Shown here piece after piece: positions 29,301 to 43,460 of a DNA stretch of 64,000 nucleotides. This DNA is from Tubulanus polymorphus (Eukaryota > Animalia > Nemertea), in contig NC_134025.1 of NCBI RefSeq assembly GCF_964204645.1, positions 7,750,001 through 7,814,000 of the forward strand, written 5' to 3'. Both the position numbers and the translations under genes were made by a program. A model generated the notes under the pieces. It did no database searches and was not told the origin of the DNA. It saw only the letters and a list, made by a program, of their open reading frames with translations. How positions within the stretch are numbered: position 1 is the stretch's first letter; each line of letters opens with the position of its first letter.

Positions 29301-30552
29301 AAAAAACGAATTACCGTTTCCCTGAATTGTCTGACCAGTACGCGATAGTTTCATTCGATACCGCCCAACAGAAATTCCGTTTTCGCTATTGTAACTAATG
29401 CCAAACATAGTAATGTCAAAATCTAAGCTGGACGTATCGTGCATAAAGGAGCATACTCGACGTAAACTCAATTTTTTTTCACAAATATTATCTTCTTTGT
29501 GTTTATCGTTATTACTAAATAAACTTAATCGACCAGAACCAACAACCCTCAATCACGGGTGCCTGCGCGGATATGTAATTTCCTCCTGCTACGCACTGAT
29601 CGAAATATATTAGTTATGGATGTAATATCCTCAAGATGAACTGCTTAAAATACCCATTGATTCGTAAACCAAATGTTCGTTCTGTACATTTCGTCCTAAC
29701 TTCATTACTCGCGAATCCCATCTAACTGTTAATCGGTATTGTTGATGGTGACGTGTCCAATTGTGAATTGTCTAGTTTTTCGGGTCAAAATAATGGATTG
29801 AATGAAATATCTTTGTCAGGGCTGTTCGAAAATTGTCTGCTGGTTCAGTCGAAGTTCAATTAGTTCACGGCTTCAAATTGCTGCCGCATTCCGTGGTTAT
29901 CGGCTGTTTATTACAGGTCGTTGTCAAGAGACGCCATTGCTCGTGGTAATTATACAGCTAGGTGGAATAACATTGCAACAATTTCTTATTTTCATCTCCC
30001 AAATGTCTAAGACCAAACATTTTGCTATTGTTCTATTTATTATGTGGTGGATGCGAAGAGGTGATTCGGCGATGATATATAACAGAGTCTGGTGATAGGA
30101 TTATTTATCGGTAGCAATTTATTAGGCGAATATATACATTCTTTTGCATCGACATCAGTCACTTTACCGGACAACAGGCAGAACACTTATTACCAGAAGC
30201 CCGAATCTATATAATTTATTTTTCTAGAGCAGCACACTTACGCGCGAGTTAGGTGGAACAGTTTGGTGGAAATCGCCAGCGATAAAAGTAGAAATCAGAA
30301 TGGAGTCTAATTAAAAACTAAATTAAGCTTTTTGAATTTTAAGCAAACTGTAAGTAATATGAAACAATGACGATGAAAATTGGTAAGCAAATTGATGATA
30401 ATCCAAATAATTCATGAGCATAATTGTTGTATTTTGTCTGCAGCTTCACGTAAAGCAAATATATATTTACATATATCTTGAATAAATAATTCATTTTCAA
30501 ATCATTCGAAAAATAGTCCTTTAGAATGTTTTTCTTGTAAGCTCCGTGTTTA

Positions 30553-31230
30553 TGCGATGACATGTCCTACCTTCGCTTTGTTGGGGTCGACCACTTGTAG
30601 AGTATCGTCGGGTGGGAGTCGCCACCTTTTACCGACGGTTCGTCCAGACACTACACCACTGGCTGGTTGCATTTTCGGAATGATTTCGCACGTTTCAGTG
30701 TAAACAGCGTTTCCTAGAACATGAACCTTCAGATCCAGAATTGACGATTTGCAAATGAGCGGCAAACCTTTAAACGTTTTCTTCCATACGGTCCTTTTGC
30801 CAGCACCGGGCAGCGCTGTGACTGTGTCTGCCATAAGGGATGTTCATCATAACAAGAGAGCAAAATAATGTCTCGCAAACAATTAACAGCATGAAAGTTC
30901 TAAGTCGTAGATTCGCCGAAAACGCCGTAAAACACTCATATCCAGGTATTAAGGTAACGTGGGTCATTAAAAGCTAATGATGCCGTAAATCCGATGACGA
31001 CACAAAGAGCCATCCCAAAAACCATGCATCTACCTCTCCCACCATTCAACAATGTGCTGACAAATGTAACGGATTTTGTCACGGCGGTTTTGGGTAGTTC
31101 TGCCAGACAGTTTTGCCTCTGGAATGGCTGGTGTGTAATCGTGAGTCAAAACAATATGTGCATATGTTGCTAAATTACACAGCCGGGCATAAAAGAATGT
31201 AGATCTACACCGTGTTAACGACGCCAGCAT
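30553..31230 (-). pseudogene. Heavily decayed transposase fossil with XPG/PIN-H3TH-like motifs (Academ-like)
   Basis: Across frameshifts, motifs appear in the order I recall for this family: FYARLCNL..HIVLTHDYTPAIP; MVL/DGS; TLIPGYECFTAFS; (G)ADTVTALPGAGKRTVWKKTFK (cf. GCDTVSxFxGxGKKTAWK); LPPDDTLQ..KAKVGHVI (cf. LPPTxxALxQHxxRAxYQAGHVW). Confidence 0.5.
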
Positions 31231-34200
31231 TGGGGTTGTGTAAATGGAAATGTTTTAGATCATTCTGCGCCCTCGTACTTCATATATATTTGGATAATGC
31301 AATCTCGAGAATTGATTTAGGGATATCCAATCGAGGCGTAAGGACACGAATACATAATTGCCTATTACGTAATCTATATACGCAGACTATAACTGAGATG
31401 GAAAGCTCTCAAAACTCAGTAAGAATGGACAGCCATATAAACTATCTAGTTTACAGTTCATGATTAATCGAATTACATGATAAATCTTGAAAAATAAGGT
31501 TTGATTGGTGAAATATGGATTTTTCCGAAGTTAATTGAAAATGCAAGATGTCGTCCGACAGAAACGTTTTTATACTCCCACGCTGTTGATCTGTCTCAGA
31601 CGATCATTAAGTCTCGCCTGCTTATCGATGATGTATTCAGCCACGCCGCCATCCAAACAATGATGGGGCGAATACCTCCGCTAAGGCAAGATGATGTTCA
31701 CAACAGTGTCATTCACAGCATACGATACATGGCAAACAATCCAAGAAAATTACATGATGGAAAAATGGAGATGATTATCTAATGCAAATAGTCGTTTGGT
31801 AATGCATTTTGTTGTACATTGCTCATATTCCTCTCTGGCTTACGGGTATTTCCTTTTGAGGCAGTTCAATCCTAAAACATGCCGTACGGTGAATAGATTG
31901 ATTGGGCCCAATGGAAACAAACAGAATGCTGCTAAACTAAGTTTTTCTTTTAAATCAACAGATGTTCGTAGTCACAAATGAGTTAATTTTGCCCCTTTCT
32001 CGTGGGTATGAGGGTTTTGATAAAGGCTACGTAGTGAAATAATGTATTAGATTGTAGGAAAAAATTGCCAAGGGAAAAAGGCTAATGAAATTATTGATTT
32101 TTTATGAGGCATTTTATACAGTTTGAGTTAAACAATTAAGAATACATATAATGAATTCAGAATAAGTAGACGTTATGTGCAACACCATGGTAGAAATCAG
32201 AATTACACCATGATTACCAGCATCAGTACATTTTGTAAATTCAATTCATGTTAATTTTACCTGGTAGCGACCAATGCCATTTTTATTCGCTCAGCTGGCC
32301 GCATAAATTCCCACATTAAACTGACTTATTTTAGTGGAATAGCATACCGTTCTTGTTGAAAAACTTCTCAGCGAACTAATTGGCTTAAATTAATTCAGTA
32401 ATTAATCTAATAATCTCAAAAAGTGATACGTCAAAAGATCTATGCATTCAATTTTGTGGAAATTTATGCGATGATAATTTTCATTTAATTTTCTAGGTCA
32501 TTTCTTCGTCCACCGATTTATTAGCTCCAAGATCAAATGAAACTTGAGCCTACAATTTAACATATATTTCATGATGCAATCTCACATCAAGATGTGCTGA
32601 CTTGTCTGTGATGAACGAAAGCAAGCGACATCTTTCGTAATCTATCACGATCAATCAATGTGCGTCTGCTCGTGAATGGCAACGCTTTCGCGTTTTGTTT
32701 ACGAATTTGGGATTGTACGTAGAACAGTGTTCGGAAAAACTATGAAAACCCGATTCACGAATGGCTGTAAACATATGTCCAGATAATACCTATGTTTGTG
32801 ATCTACATATACTGTAATTATTTCGACTGTATTTTTGCTGTGAAATTGATGTAACTACCGGTACATAAAAGGCAACAAACATTGTAATTACATAGAAAAT
32901 TCAACAACGGGCGCAATACATATATTCCGAAAACAAGTGATTTTTTACTCCATATACTAGTTTGAAGGATCGAAAATGGATTAACACTAGCTGGTTCATA
33001 GGTTGTGCAACTTCATGTATATTAATGTCAATATGTTCTACGAAAACCATGTAAATTCCGGGAAAAGTTAGCTATTATGTACAATTGATATTAAGTAAGG
33101 TAACAACGATGTTGGCACTTCTTAATCAGTGACTTTCAGACTAGGTGACTGACACTATTGATGTTGATGTCATTGATATCGGTTACTCGTTTTACATATC
33201 AACGATCAATGATATGATATGAAATGATCTTGATATCTGCCGTTTAAAAATGATCATTTCGTTTCGAAAAACAATTATCGACGCAAAAGAAAGGCCGGCC
33301 ATTTCTCGAAATGTATCATTATTGCTTATTCTGACTGCAATAAATAGCACAACCACAATATTGTCTTGTCTCACGAACGCCTACGGTCATTTTTAATTAA
33401 CACGAAAAGACAGTCTGCGTATCGTGATTTTACATATGAATATTCGTCTATGTCTTTTTAGTTATTCGCGTGGTATGTTGATTATAAATATACCGAACTC
33501 AAGGAAAAAATCAACTACCGAAGCAGAGGGCCCTTTATTTCTAGGAAATAGATTTTACTTAGACAAATAGGTTTCATCTTGAAATGACAGCCATTATCAT
33601 TACCCATAGTTACAACATGGATAATCTAGTCAGGCATCAGACCACAATTAGGTTAGTAGCTCGAAGATGCGTAGGGCCGGACCCCAAAAATAGTACCTAG
33701 AGTGAAGAAGAGGTCCCCCATAAATGTTGCCATAATTTCTGCAAATGGGATAGGTAACGAATTTCGGTTATATGTATGAAATCCATTGATCCTGAGAGAC
33801 AGATTGATGATGAAATAAGGGATTCCCTGGACTTTTTTTGCTTGGAGTAAGGGTACCAAACACGGTGGGGGATTCCCTTAGATATTTGGCTCGGATGTAC
33901 TGGCATACCTGTACTGGGATACCCCTCCTTTCTAAAGGTTTGATTATTTCAAAAGTTAGGTTGGGTATGTGGGGCGAAAACCACTTCAATGCGTAGCTAA
34001 GATGCTGGCCTATGAGCCATAAGCAGGATTTCCCCTGAATTTACGCGCTTATATATGAACTAAACTCTCGAATTTCTTGTTTTTACTATAGGATATAGAA
34101 GATTTTGGAATAGTGGTCTGAGCTCATCAACTTCAAACCAACATTCCTGCAATTAATACGGAATTGTTCGGAATTGTCGGGAAAGCCTCTTGTACTCATT

Positions 34201-34516
34201 AATTCAGGGTTATAATAATAATCACTATAACGCATACGCAAATCAAACATCAATCAGCCAAATTAGTAAACAGGGTTTACATACATAATTGAAATATCTT
34301 ACAATCCTATACCTCTTAACCGCACCAACAGGATCACAACTCAGACTGCACCCTTCGAAATTACTGATACGGACATTATCAAAAATATCAAGACACGACG
34401 TTTAGACATGCTAACACTGTCACGTCATTCTCAAGTGAACTATGTAGGATCTTTAAGTGACCAGAATATCCCCACTAAAATGAAGAAGAAAACTAACTTG
34501 AATATACTTGAACCTA

Positions 34517-34787
34517 ATTTGAATATATCGATAATTGAAATGAATTGACCGGCAACCAGTCTAGCGCCGATACACTGATGACATTCTCACATTCTCGAAA
34601 AGAATAGTTATTGATATTTTACCAAATATAAAACAAGAAGTTATGAAATACATTCAATTACACATTAAACGCCAAAATGCACAAGTGTAATTGTTATTTT
34701 GAAACACCACCAATATTGATGGCGTAGTGCACAACGACTCACACAGAACCATCCTAGGTAGCAATGTACATGCACATTGCAACGGTT
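34517..34787 (+). repeat. Dispersed repeat family, copy C (5'-truncated)
   Basis: Shares TTGAATATATCGATAATTG..GACCGGCAACCAGTCTAG and GCCAAAAT..ACAAxTGTAATTGTTATTTTGAAAC with copies A and B. Confidence 0.8.
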
Positions 34788-35409
34788 GCTTAAAAACCCC
34801 GTTAAATTTGGCTTCAGTCATTCATAAATCTCATTAGAACCAACATCGATGTGCAAAACCTTCGAAAAGACGTGTAGATCATGCGAATTATTCATTTATC
34901 CTAGAAAGACCAAAATTATCATTCGCGCGCTGCCCACGTGAAATAATTTGCCGATACGGAAAACTGTGCTAAGCACGACAATTATCTAATGGAGAATGGA
35001 ATACCAACGTTGTTAGAAAGCCTAATTGCCCATAATCACTCTCATGGGTTGCTGTGTATACTGGTATTTAACAATTTTGATGCTGAAATCGCTTCAATAT
35101 TATCGTTTTTGCACATTTCAGATCGTTTTAAATATGAGTTGGTGTTTATACTTCGCGAAAGAAAATTTATACGTAACTTCTAAGTAATTCCATCATTCTA
35201 AACCCATTAAATGACACATATCACAGACTTCTTTTTCTTTCATTATAAGGTCATCAATATCTTTGGACAACAAATATTCTACGAGCGGACGGTTTTTACG
35301 ACCGGAAAGCGTAAATAAGTTGACGATAACAGACCCGAGCAGGTAGCATGACGTATAGTCATACAACGTGACACAATAAAGATTAGATGCTTAGGAGCGA
35401 TGTCCTTAC

Positions 35410-35594
35410 CTCAGAACCGTATTTTCTCAGATGGACTACTTGAATGGCATTATCGGAGGGAGCTCGCCACGCACCTATACCACCTCCAAGAACGGTCATA
35501 CGCGCATTTAATCCTTTTGTGTAACAAGTCTGGATGATCCAGTACGCGTAGCCACTTTTTAAATCCAACAGGTTGTAATCCAAAGCTATTGCTG
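35410..35594 (-). other. Candidate exon of an unidentified minus-strand gene (ATG at 35499: MTVLGGGIGAWRAPSDNAIQVVHLRKYGSE, phase-0 donor)
   Basis: Strong acceptor TTTTTTTCAG|CAG and donor GAG|GTAAGG flank an open frame with raised GC. Confidence 0.45.
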
Positions 35595-38500
35595 CTGAAA
35601 AAAATAATATCGCATTTTTTGAAGCTTCGATATCTGATATCTACTTCGGAAGCCGCATTTCATATACATCAGTTACAGAAATACTATTTAAAGTATCCTC
35701 TAGTACCTGTGGATGACCTTATAGTGTAAGGCGTCCGTTTGCGCAAGGGAGATCAGGTTTTCCGAAGATGGCAATCAAATGGTGCTATCCCTTATCATCA
35801 GCAAACAAATAAATACAAATATCATGAAAGCTTTGTAAACAACGGCTGATGGTTTATACAATCAATGCTAGGCAGATGCGGAGTTGACGGCAAACATTTT
35901 AGCACCAATCCAATTATGATGAAAATATGTAAAATCAAAATTCAAAATTTTGTTGACGTTTGTACTCCATAATTTAGTCAATAGCGCGTTCTGATCGTCT
36001 GGCTCTGTGATAGCTCCACTGTATAATGATAATTTGATAATCGAAGTATCGGAATGATGTCGACAATATTTGGGTACATTTATCGTAGTTGCCGATATAT
36101 GTTTTCCGTGTACGTTTCGTCGAAGAATTCCAAAGAGCGTCATATATACAGTACGCATGCAGATACAAAGACTTCTCCAAAGCGCACTCCTGGTCTCAAT
36201 AAAAAGATAATGGTGCAATTAATACAATTTGGTACGAATGGTCTCTTGATAACACTCTCACGGGTACTGAGTTAATTTTTTAACGTCGAGTGAAGAGATG
36301 TGAGGTCATTATTACCTCCTGCTGACCTTTCCAATAGGCTTTCGGTGCCCGACGCTCCTGTGGTCTCGCGCTTATACTGTTAAGCTACAGAGTTTGGCTA
36401 ATGACATTAATAAAACTAACCTATGATGGCTACATATGAATATATGAGAAATGAAAATTGATGAAAAATAATAAATGTTACTCAGCCATGTATGTCCGAT
36501 TATGTACGGGCAATTATGTTCTTTACATATCGTATTATGTATCAGGAAAGCGAATGCGTATATCACTATACCTAAAGAAAGACTTGCTATCAATTTATCT
36601 TATGGCGTAAGTATTTATATAACGTATTCAACAAACCATTGCCAAAAATAATGTGTATCATCAAGTAGCTGATAGGTCTCAGAAGTGAGCATTAAGGCAA
36701 AATTTCCTATCGTCCAGGTTAGGAAATGCAATTACGAATACAGCGCCTAAAAGGCAATTAGCAAATCAGTCGTGAATTTTACATGAATGTTCGCTACTTC
36801 GAAAAAATTGTACCCCTTTCTCTGGCATCATGCGTCGACAAATACTATTCCCGCAACTGGGACCTACTCAGGTTATATACACGACAGCACAACTAACAAT
36901 TTTAAACGTGACGTTGATGAAACATACTAATAGCTTTTCAAATTAATCTCTTCGGAGAAATTGAAGTTTTTGCATGACGAGGGTAACAATTGAAATGGGG
37001 ATTATGAATGGTGGGACACCAAATACGCCTAGGATTGGATCATAAATTGAGAGGCAAAGCGCGTAAATAATAGTTTAATGATGTCCCACTCGAGATATGC
37101 AATGTACGCGCATGATGATATACGTAAACTAAGGTATCCTGTAACTGAACAATAGGAAATAGATTGTTTCAGCCGTGATGCTATCGAAACGTGCACTCAC
37201 TTTTCTGTCCTATCAATTCATCTTTTTGATGAAATATAAACAATTTCTATACGCGATTGTGTTTCTGGCTGTTTCAACATCACAGTTTTAATTGTATAAA
37301 ACTAATATCATGATACGAATGCATAAATACTATCTTTGAAGCGACAGAATGATTTGACAGCAAAAGGATCGGGCCCACTTTTGGATCAAACAGTCTTGGC
37401 AAAGTTTCGTCAGTTCTGTTTTAAACTCTGGATGCAGTATAGTTTCGAGAGCAAAACTAATTGATTTCAACTGTTAAAAGCCCGAGTTGAATGTTATAGA
37501 CTTTCTCAACATTTTTTCCAACATTCATCGCGTTGCTAGGAAATATGGGCAAGAACGAGGCAAGAAAATGGACACCCCATTCTGTCCATGGTAAAAAATG
37601 TCACCATCGATTATCGGACGTCAACAAAATTAATCATAGCCTTGCGCATATTGGATTGCCAGCATTTTAGAGATACGTCATTGGGAAAGACAGGCGTGGA
37701 ATCACAAGCGTAAACCGAACGATAACCGAAGAAAGATAAATTGATTAGATTGATTACAGTCGGAAGATGGACATTTCTTTAGATATTCGCTATATTTCTG
37801 TACAACGTACATGAACATCCCATAGCGTGACTTAATGTAAATCGTTTATTCGTGAATAGTGTCGGGCGACACAGCATCGTCGTCGTCGGCTGAATTTTCA
37901 TGATCAACACTGTGGTGTTGACTTCACGTTTTTAGTAGGTTTGGATAATACACCGTGTTACCACCGGCTTGTTTATATCATGAAGCTGTGGATGATGTTT
38001 CCATTCCCGGACACATTATCTGTGTTTAGTTTCCAATGAACAAATTAGATATCTCTTATCTCCATACACTTGAAGAAGGTTTTTAGGGTATGCTCGGACA
38101 ATGAATAAAAACAATTTGTTTTAAATGACCATCTCTCGGAATGTTCGTGTCGTGACTTATACAAATTCATTTTGCTCACTACGGACACAATCTGCACGAC
38201 ATACCCACATCTGCGTAACACGTATTTCAGTTTTTCTGACATTTGTAGTCTTGAAATCGCGCGTGCAATACGAGTGTGTTGGCGTCACGCCCACATTCAT
38301 AATCTGTAGTAAAATAAGGCGATTCGTGTGTGTAACACGCTATCGGCGAATCTAATATCGCTCACGTGCAGACACTTCACTCCATAAATATTCGTATCTC
38401 ATTCATATCTTCCGCATCTATAGTTGTAAAATTGGATCGTAGCGTTGGCGATGTAACGTATCTCAAAATATCGTTGACGCAAGCATTATATGTAATCTGA

Positions 38501-40490
38501 GATTCCCTTAAGAATCTCACGACGGATATTAGTTATACGAAAAAGTCTGACACGTGAGATATTATTTGGGAAGCGATTTGTATATTATGCTAGTGACATC
38601 ATAATGTCAACACGTCATCAGTGACATGGCATTAAAATGGTCCACGTTTCATCGAAAGCAATTTCAATTTATTTATTGCTGTATTTACGAAAAAAGGTAG
38701 AACATTTCTAAAATGCAGCATAACCATGTTTTACGTGCCGTACTTAGAATACATTATATTAAGTTCTCAGTATATTTTTGTCCAAAACAAGATGATAAGG
38801 TTTAACAACATTAGCTAAAAACCTGTTTATGATACGTATTTACGGAAACGAATTCGATCTCTAATGAAGAGTTTCTACAACAAAAGTGTGTGACTAAAAA
38901 CAAAAAGTTCATGTTTCGATGGAAAAAAAACTTTTGGAAGCCACATCGTCAACTTACTTACTTTAAACCTGGACCAAATGTTATATATACACTTATGGTG
39001 GATTGACGTACCTTTATCGGACATCGATTATCCGAGTTGTTAAAGTCAGTATGATCATCAATTATTAGCGAATTAATAAGCCATGAGAACATGCGCGAAT
39101 AGAAGAGAGAAAAAGAGAGAGAGAGCGCGCGATAAGACCGTTTTACAGTCGCCGTAAAGAACGCTTATTAAGTTGTCACAATTTCGTGTCTGGCGTGTAG
39201 CTTACGTCACAAGACATCGTCGGGTCAAAAAATATTTGATTTATATTTGTCCGCAATGATTAATCACTGTCGTTTTACGACGGCGTTGAATGACGAATAA
39301 CTATATAATAAATTCAGATTCAGATTCTGATGGTCCAGTGATAGATGGAATCCGTTCTCGGCACCAGTCGTTACATCGTCAGTTTGAATAGGCTTCTGGT
39401 AGCCTGGCAGTTTTTCAAACATATAGGAGGTACATTTAGGAAATTTTTTAACTTGAAAGATTGGGATTTTTAACTTCGAGCATTATTACTTACTGTATAT
39501 AGAGAACACTCGCATGCATTATGAAATAGCGTTCAAAAGCAAAGAGAAAACACATCCCGATATTCATTATGTTATATGGAAATACATATGAAGCCTATAC
39601 AAATGTTTAGATAAGATTCTTCGTCTCCTGTGCTTCCACATTTCGCACTTTTCTTTACTCGGTGATTGGATTCGCTTCTTGTTGTAACTGCATGCTTACT
39701 CTCGTAGAAACTATTCTAAAATGGTCCTCATAATTTGATATGTAAATCGACGAATGGGATGAAACGCGAACAATAAATAGTATTTGTATTTCAAAATCTA
39801 TTCCATTCGAATCAGAAAACGATCAAAGCCTACCTTCGTTTATGGCTAATCTTAGATTTTTGCGCGCCGGTAATGGAGCAGTTCCGATCACATACGGATT
39901 TCCATTCCATCCATAAGTCATCAAACATGCTGAATTTTGTCTCTGTGACGAATCGTTTCGGGTCATAGAAATTTGTCGTTGTATCCTCATCTCTACCTAT
40001 TGTCCTTTGGTCGCCTGAAACTAGGATCCTCGATAACTCGACTACCGAAATTATCATACGGGGTTACGTACGTATATACGACTTCTCGAGTGCAAAAATT
40101 GATTGCAATTTCCGATGCTCCCAACTTAAGAAATTGATCGTCAATTATGAACACACCTGCCAAGTATCACAAGGCTTACCATTTGTCGTATGGATACCGA
40201 TTAGTTAAGTTCAACAGTGTCGGGTGAAATATCTCAATTCAACGATGGTATCACATTCTACGATTGTTTTGAAATATTTCGTTTGTAAATCTTGATCGGG
40301 GCATGGTTAAACGCACCTAATACTTTTTATCGTTATCAATTCAAATTCAGAAAATATAAAACCTCGACGCCGTTACGACTATAGAGTTCGTAAGTGTAAT
40401 CAAGTCACTCATGAACGAGTTAGATAATATTATATCACTATCACATACAATACTAACATTTTTGAAAGGTCCCCCATACAAAATATAAAT

Positions 40491-43388
40491 ATGGCGAACT
40501 TCCTATGTGTGAAACCAGTTTTATACCGTTGTAAGTTTACTCAAATTGCTATAATTTCCAGGACGTTTTTTCTGCTATATATGACTGAACATTTAACACA
40601 GGAGTTATTCACCAGGGATACGATAGGGATTTACCAAAGTCTAAATCTACTTACGTAATTAAATGTTACTTTCAATTTTGGAATTTGTCGATTTATGCTT
40701 CGTCATGGAATTTTACATGTGCTACTATGAAGCGGATGATTCGAGCTTATGACAGTTGATCCTGAAGAACGACAAACATTGTAAGAGAAACTCCTTCTTA
40801 TTTTCAGTTTATCTTTGTCTGGTCATATTTTCAATGACATTTCCTACAAAGCTGTCAGATAACGAAACAGAAAAGGTAAAATCAAAGAGTGCCAACCAAA
40901 TGTGGACTGAATTCATTTTAACAGAGGAACCGCAGAGAAGATTATTTCTAGCATTTTGAAAAGATTCAATTAAACCGTGAAATAATTTCAATATGATAAT
41001 TTCAATATACTAAAATAATTCCAGCCTTGTAGTGCGGTGCAATATTGGAATCCAGACATTCAAGGGTTTTGTTCGGCGTGCCCTCGAGGAACTTATGTAA
41101 AAATACATTGTACCCGTAATAACCCTAATTCCACCTGTGCGCCTTGTCCGACCAGAACATTCAGTGACAAGTGCAACGGAGCTACTGCCTGTACTGTTTG
41201 TACAGCTTTCTGCAGTGGAGGAAAACACGGAAACATCGGTAAGTAGCCGGGCAGATAATCGTAGAAATCTTGTTATTGTCAATTCCAACTCTTGGGCAAT
41301 GCCAAGTTGATAATCATAATATGCTTACAGATCATTTTGTTTTTTGACAGCTGATTTTTGTTTTCTTTTTTATGTGTACTATTTAGTTCCGCAGATAAAA
41401 ATTCGAGGGTGCAACAAACTACACAACATAGTATGTGCTTGCCCCGGAGGTTCATTCATCAGTAATGTTAACCCTGTGTACTGCGAGAAGTACACTCCAT
41501 GTAATGCGGGAACAGGGGCCGTCTTTCCAGGTACTGTATGGGATTATTTCTTTATTCGAAGTACCGGTTTTTCCAACCAAAATCGGCCACAAAACAGCTT
41601 AATTAAATCACCGAAATTGGTGAATAAAAAAGATTTTTTTCTTCTATGCAATAAGTAGAGGTTATATAACAAAACAGAAATACAGTTAAAGTGCGGTATG
41701 AAATGAATAAAAAAAACTAATGCGAACGTGGCGAATAACTTATCAAAAATATGTTAAACTTGATCTAAAATTGAAAACTTAATGCCATGTCTCGTGACAA
41801 CCTCACGGCAAAACACTCAGCATAAGCAGATCTTAATGCATTATTCTCTCATAGACATGTATATACCTGAATAATTTAAGCACCAAGATACCGAGATTTA
41901 ATTTGTGAAGCGTGTATTAATGGAAAAACCTATCAGGACAAACCTTCTGTTAGCGCATGCATGAACTGTACGCAATGTCCAAACGGTTATGACATTATTT
42001 CTCAATGTAACGTTACCTCTGATACGATTTGTGCCCAAGGTAGGTCGAAAAAAGCCATCTGATACTTAGATACTTTAGATTTGATAAAATGATGGCAATA
42101 TTGTTCTCCGCTAAACAGTTCCACCGACCACGTTGACGATGAAGACAAAATCATCCACGCCAGTCTCAACTGAAGCACCAGATTCGGACTACGGTACGCA
42201 TACATCCTGTTAACCGTTCCCGCTACATGATAATCTGTATTTGAATTAAGATATAAATTTTTTTAAATTTTAGATATTATATGGAAGAGTATAGTAGGTT
42301 TACTAGCAACAACAGCAATTTGTGGAATTTGCGGATTTATTTGTAAGATCAAGCATAAGATCATCTTGAAATTGAAAAACTTAAGATTCTATATCGGCAG
42401 AGGTAAACAGGCCAGATTATCTTCAGACATAAAAAATAACTTATCACTGAATCACACAACTAGTTATTATGGTGAACGTATCGTGAATAAAGACATCATA
42501 TTACGTCTACAAAGCTAAATATACCAAAAAGACAGGTTATGAACAAAGTTATAGTTTGACTAAAAACTTTAACATCTATCTCCCATTTTCATATGGTTCA
42601 TGAAACATAAATTTGAAATAAGATTTATGATGATATCTATTTGAAATGTTATTCAGAAAAGCCGATGTTGGAACGCTACAAGAGTAATAACGAACTGATG
42701 TTTAAAGAAGACGTTGACCGTTCGTACCATTTCGATTTATTTAACGTTTTGTTTTTATTCTCAAGTTAAAGTTTTTATTCAATTTTAGATTATGATATCG
42801 TCGCGTTCATTCAAAACAACGACCGCATACATGAAAATAAGAAAAGATTCTGTAAAGGTCTGGGTGAGTCAGTACTGTGTACTTGAGAAAAAAATGATTG
42901 AAATAAGATAGAAAAGGAAAACTTTAGAAACGATTTACATTTGAATTATATTACAATTTACGTTTTCAAGTATTGTTTTTGAGGACATTACTGATGAAAA
43001 CATTGCTCATATTCAATCATTTCAATACTTAATAGGTTTTTCGAATCATGACATTGAGAAGATTTTGAAAAAGGACGACTTTTTCACCGAGGTGTGTTCG
43101 TTAGCATTTGTAGCACACAGTACTTAAGTAATTCAATCCATACATCACAAGTAATTTACTGACAACGATTTCATATATTTCAAGGCTATGAGAATATATC
43201 GCCAAAGAGAACTCGATGATTCATCTGCATGGCTCAAAATTGGGAAAGTAATTGAAGAAATTGCAGGAAAGGCGGTGGCGTTGAATTATTTCACAAGACA
43301 CTTTAAACCGCCAACTTCTACGCCAAGTTCAGAAATTGGACAAGGTCCTGCGGATGCATTGATGCACGCAAGATCAACCGCTGTTTGA
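40491..43388 (+). CDS. TNF receptor superfamily member with cysteine-rich repeats, TM helix and divergent death domain (~408 aa, 11 coding exons)
   Basis: Phase-consistent GT-AG exons: 40491-40530, 40808-40875, 41025-41238, 41387-41530, 41881-42039, 42119-42193, 42274-42402, 42657-42719, 42789-42863, 43036-43091, 43185-43388 (1227 nt). Product: hydrophobic leader (MANFLCVKPVLYRFYLCLVIFSMTF), TNFR CRDs (CSACPRGTYVKIHC..STCAPCPTRTFSD; CACPGGSF..CEKYTPC; CEACINGKTYQD..CMNCTQC..CNVTSDTIC), S/T/P stalk, TM (IVGLLATTAICGICGFIC), death-domain-like tail (KRFCKGLGFSNHDIEKI..AMRIYRQR). Confidence 0.88.
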
Positions 43389-43460
43389 ACTTCACCTTAT
43401 CCAGACTGTATTGGTCAATCTATAGCCGTAGTCGCGGTCACACGGAGACGATTTGGCTGT

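Noticed and set aside
35530-35575. LLDLKSGYAYW resembles the Gypsy RT motif LDLKSGYWQ
   Set aside because: No flanking RT motifs (MPFGL, YxDD) in any frame that I could see; segment is bounded by splice sites instead.
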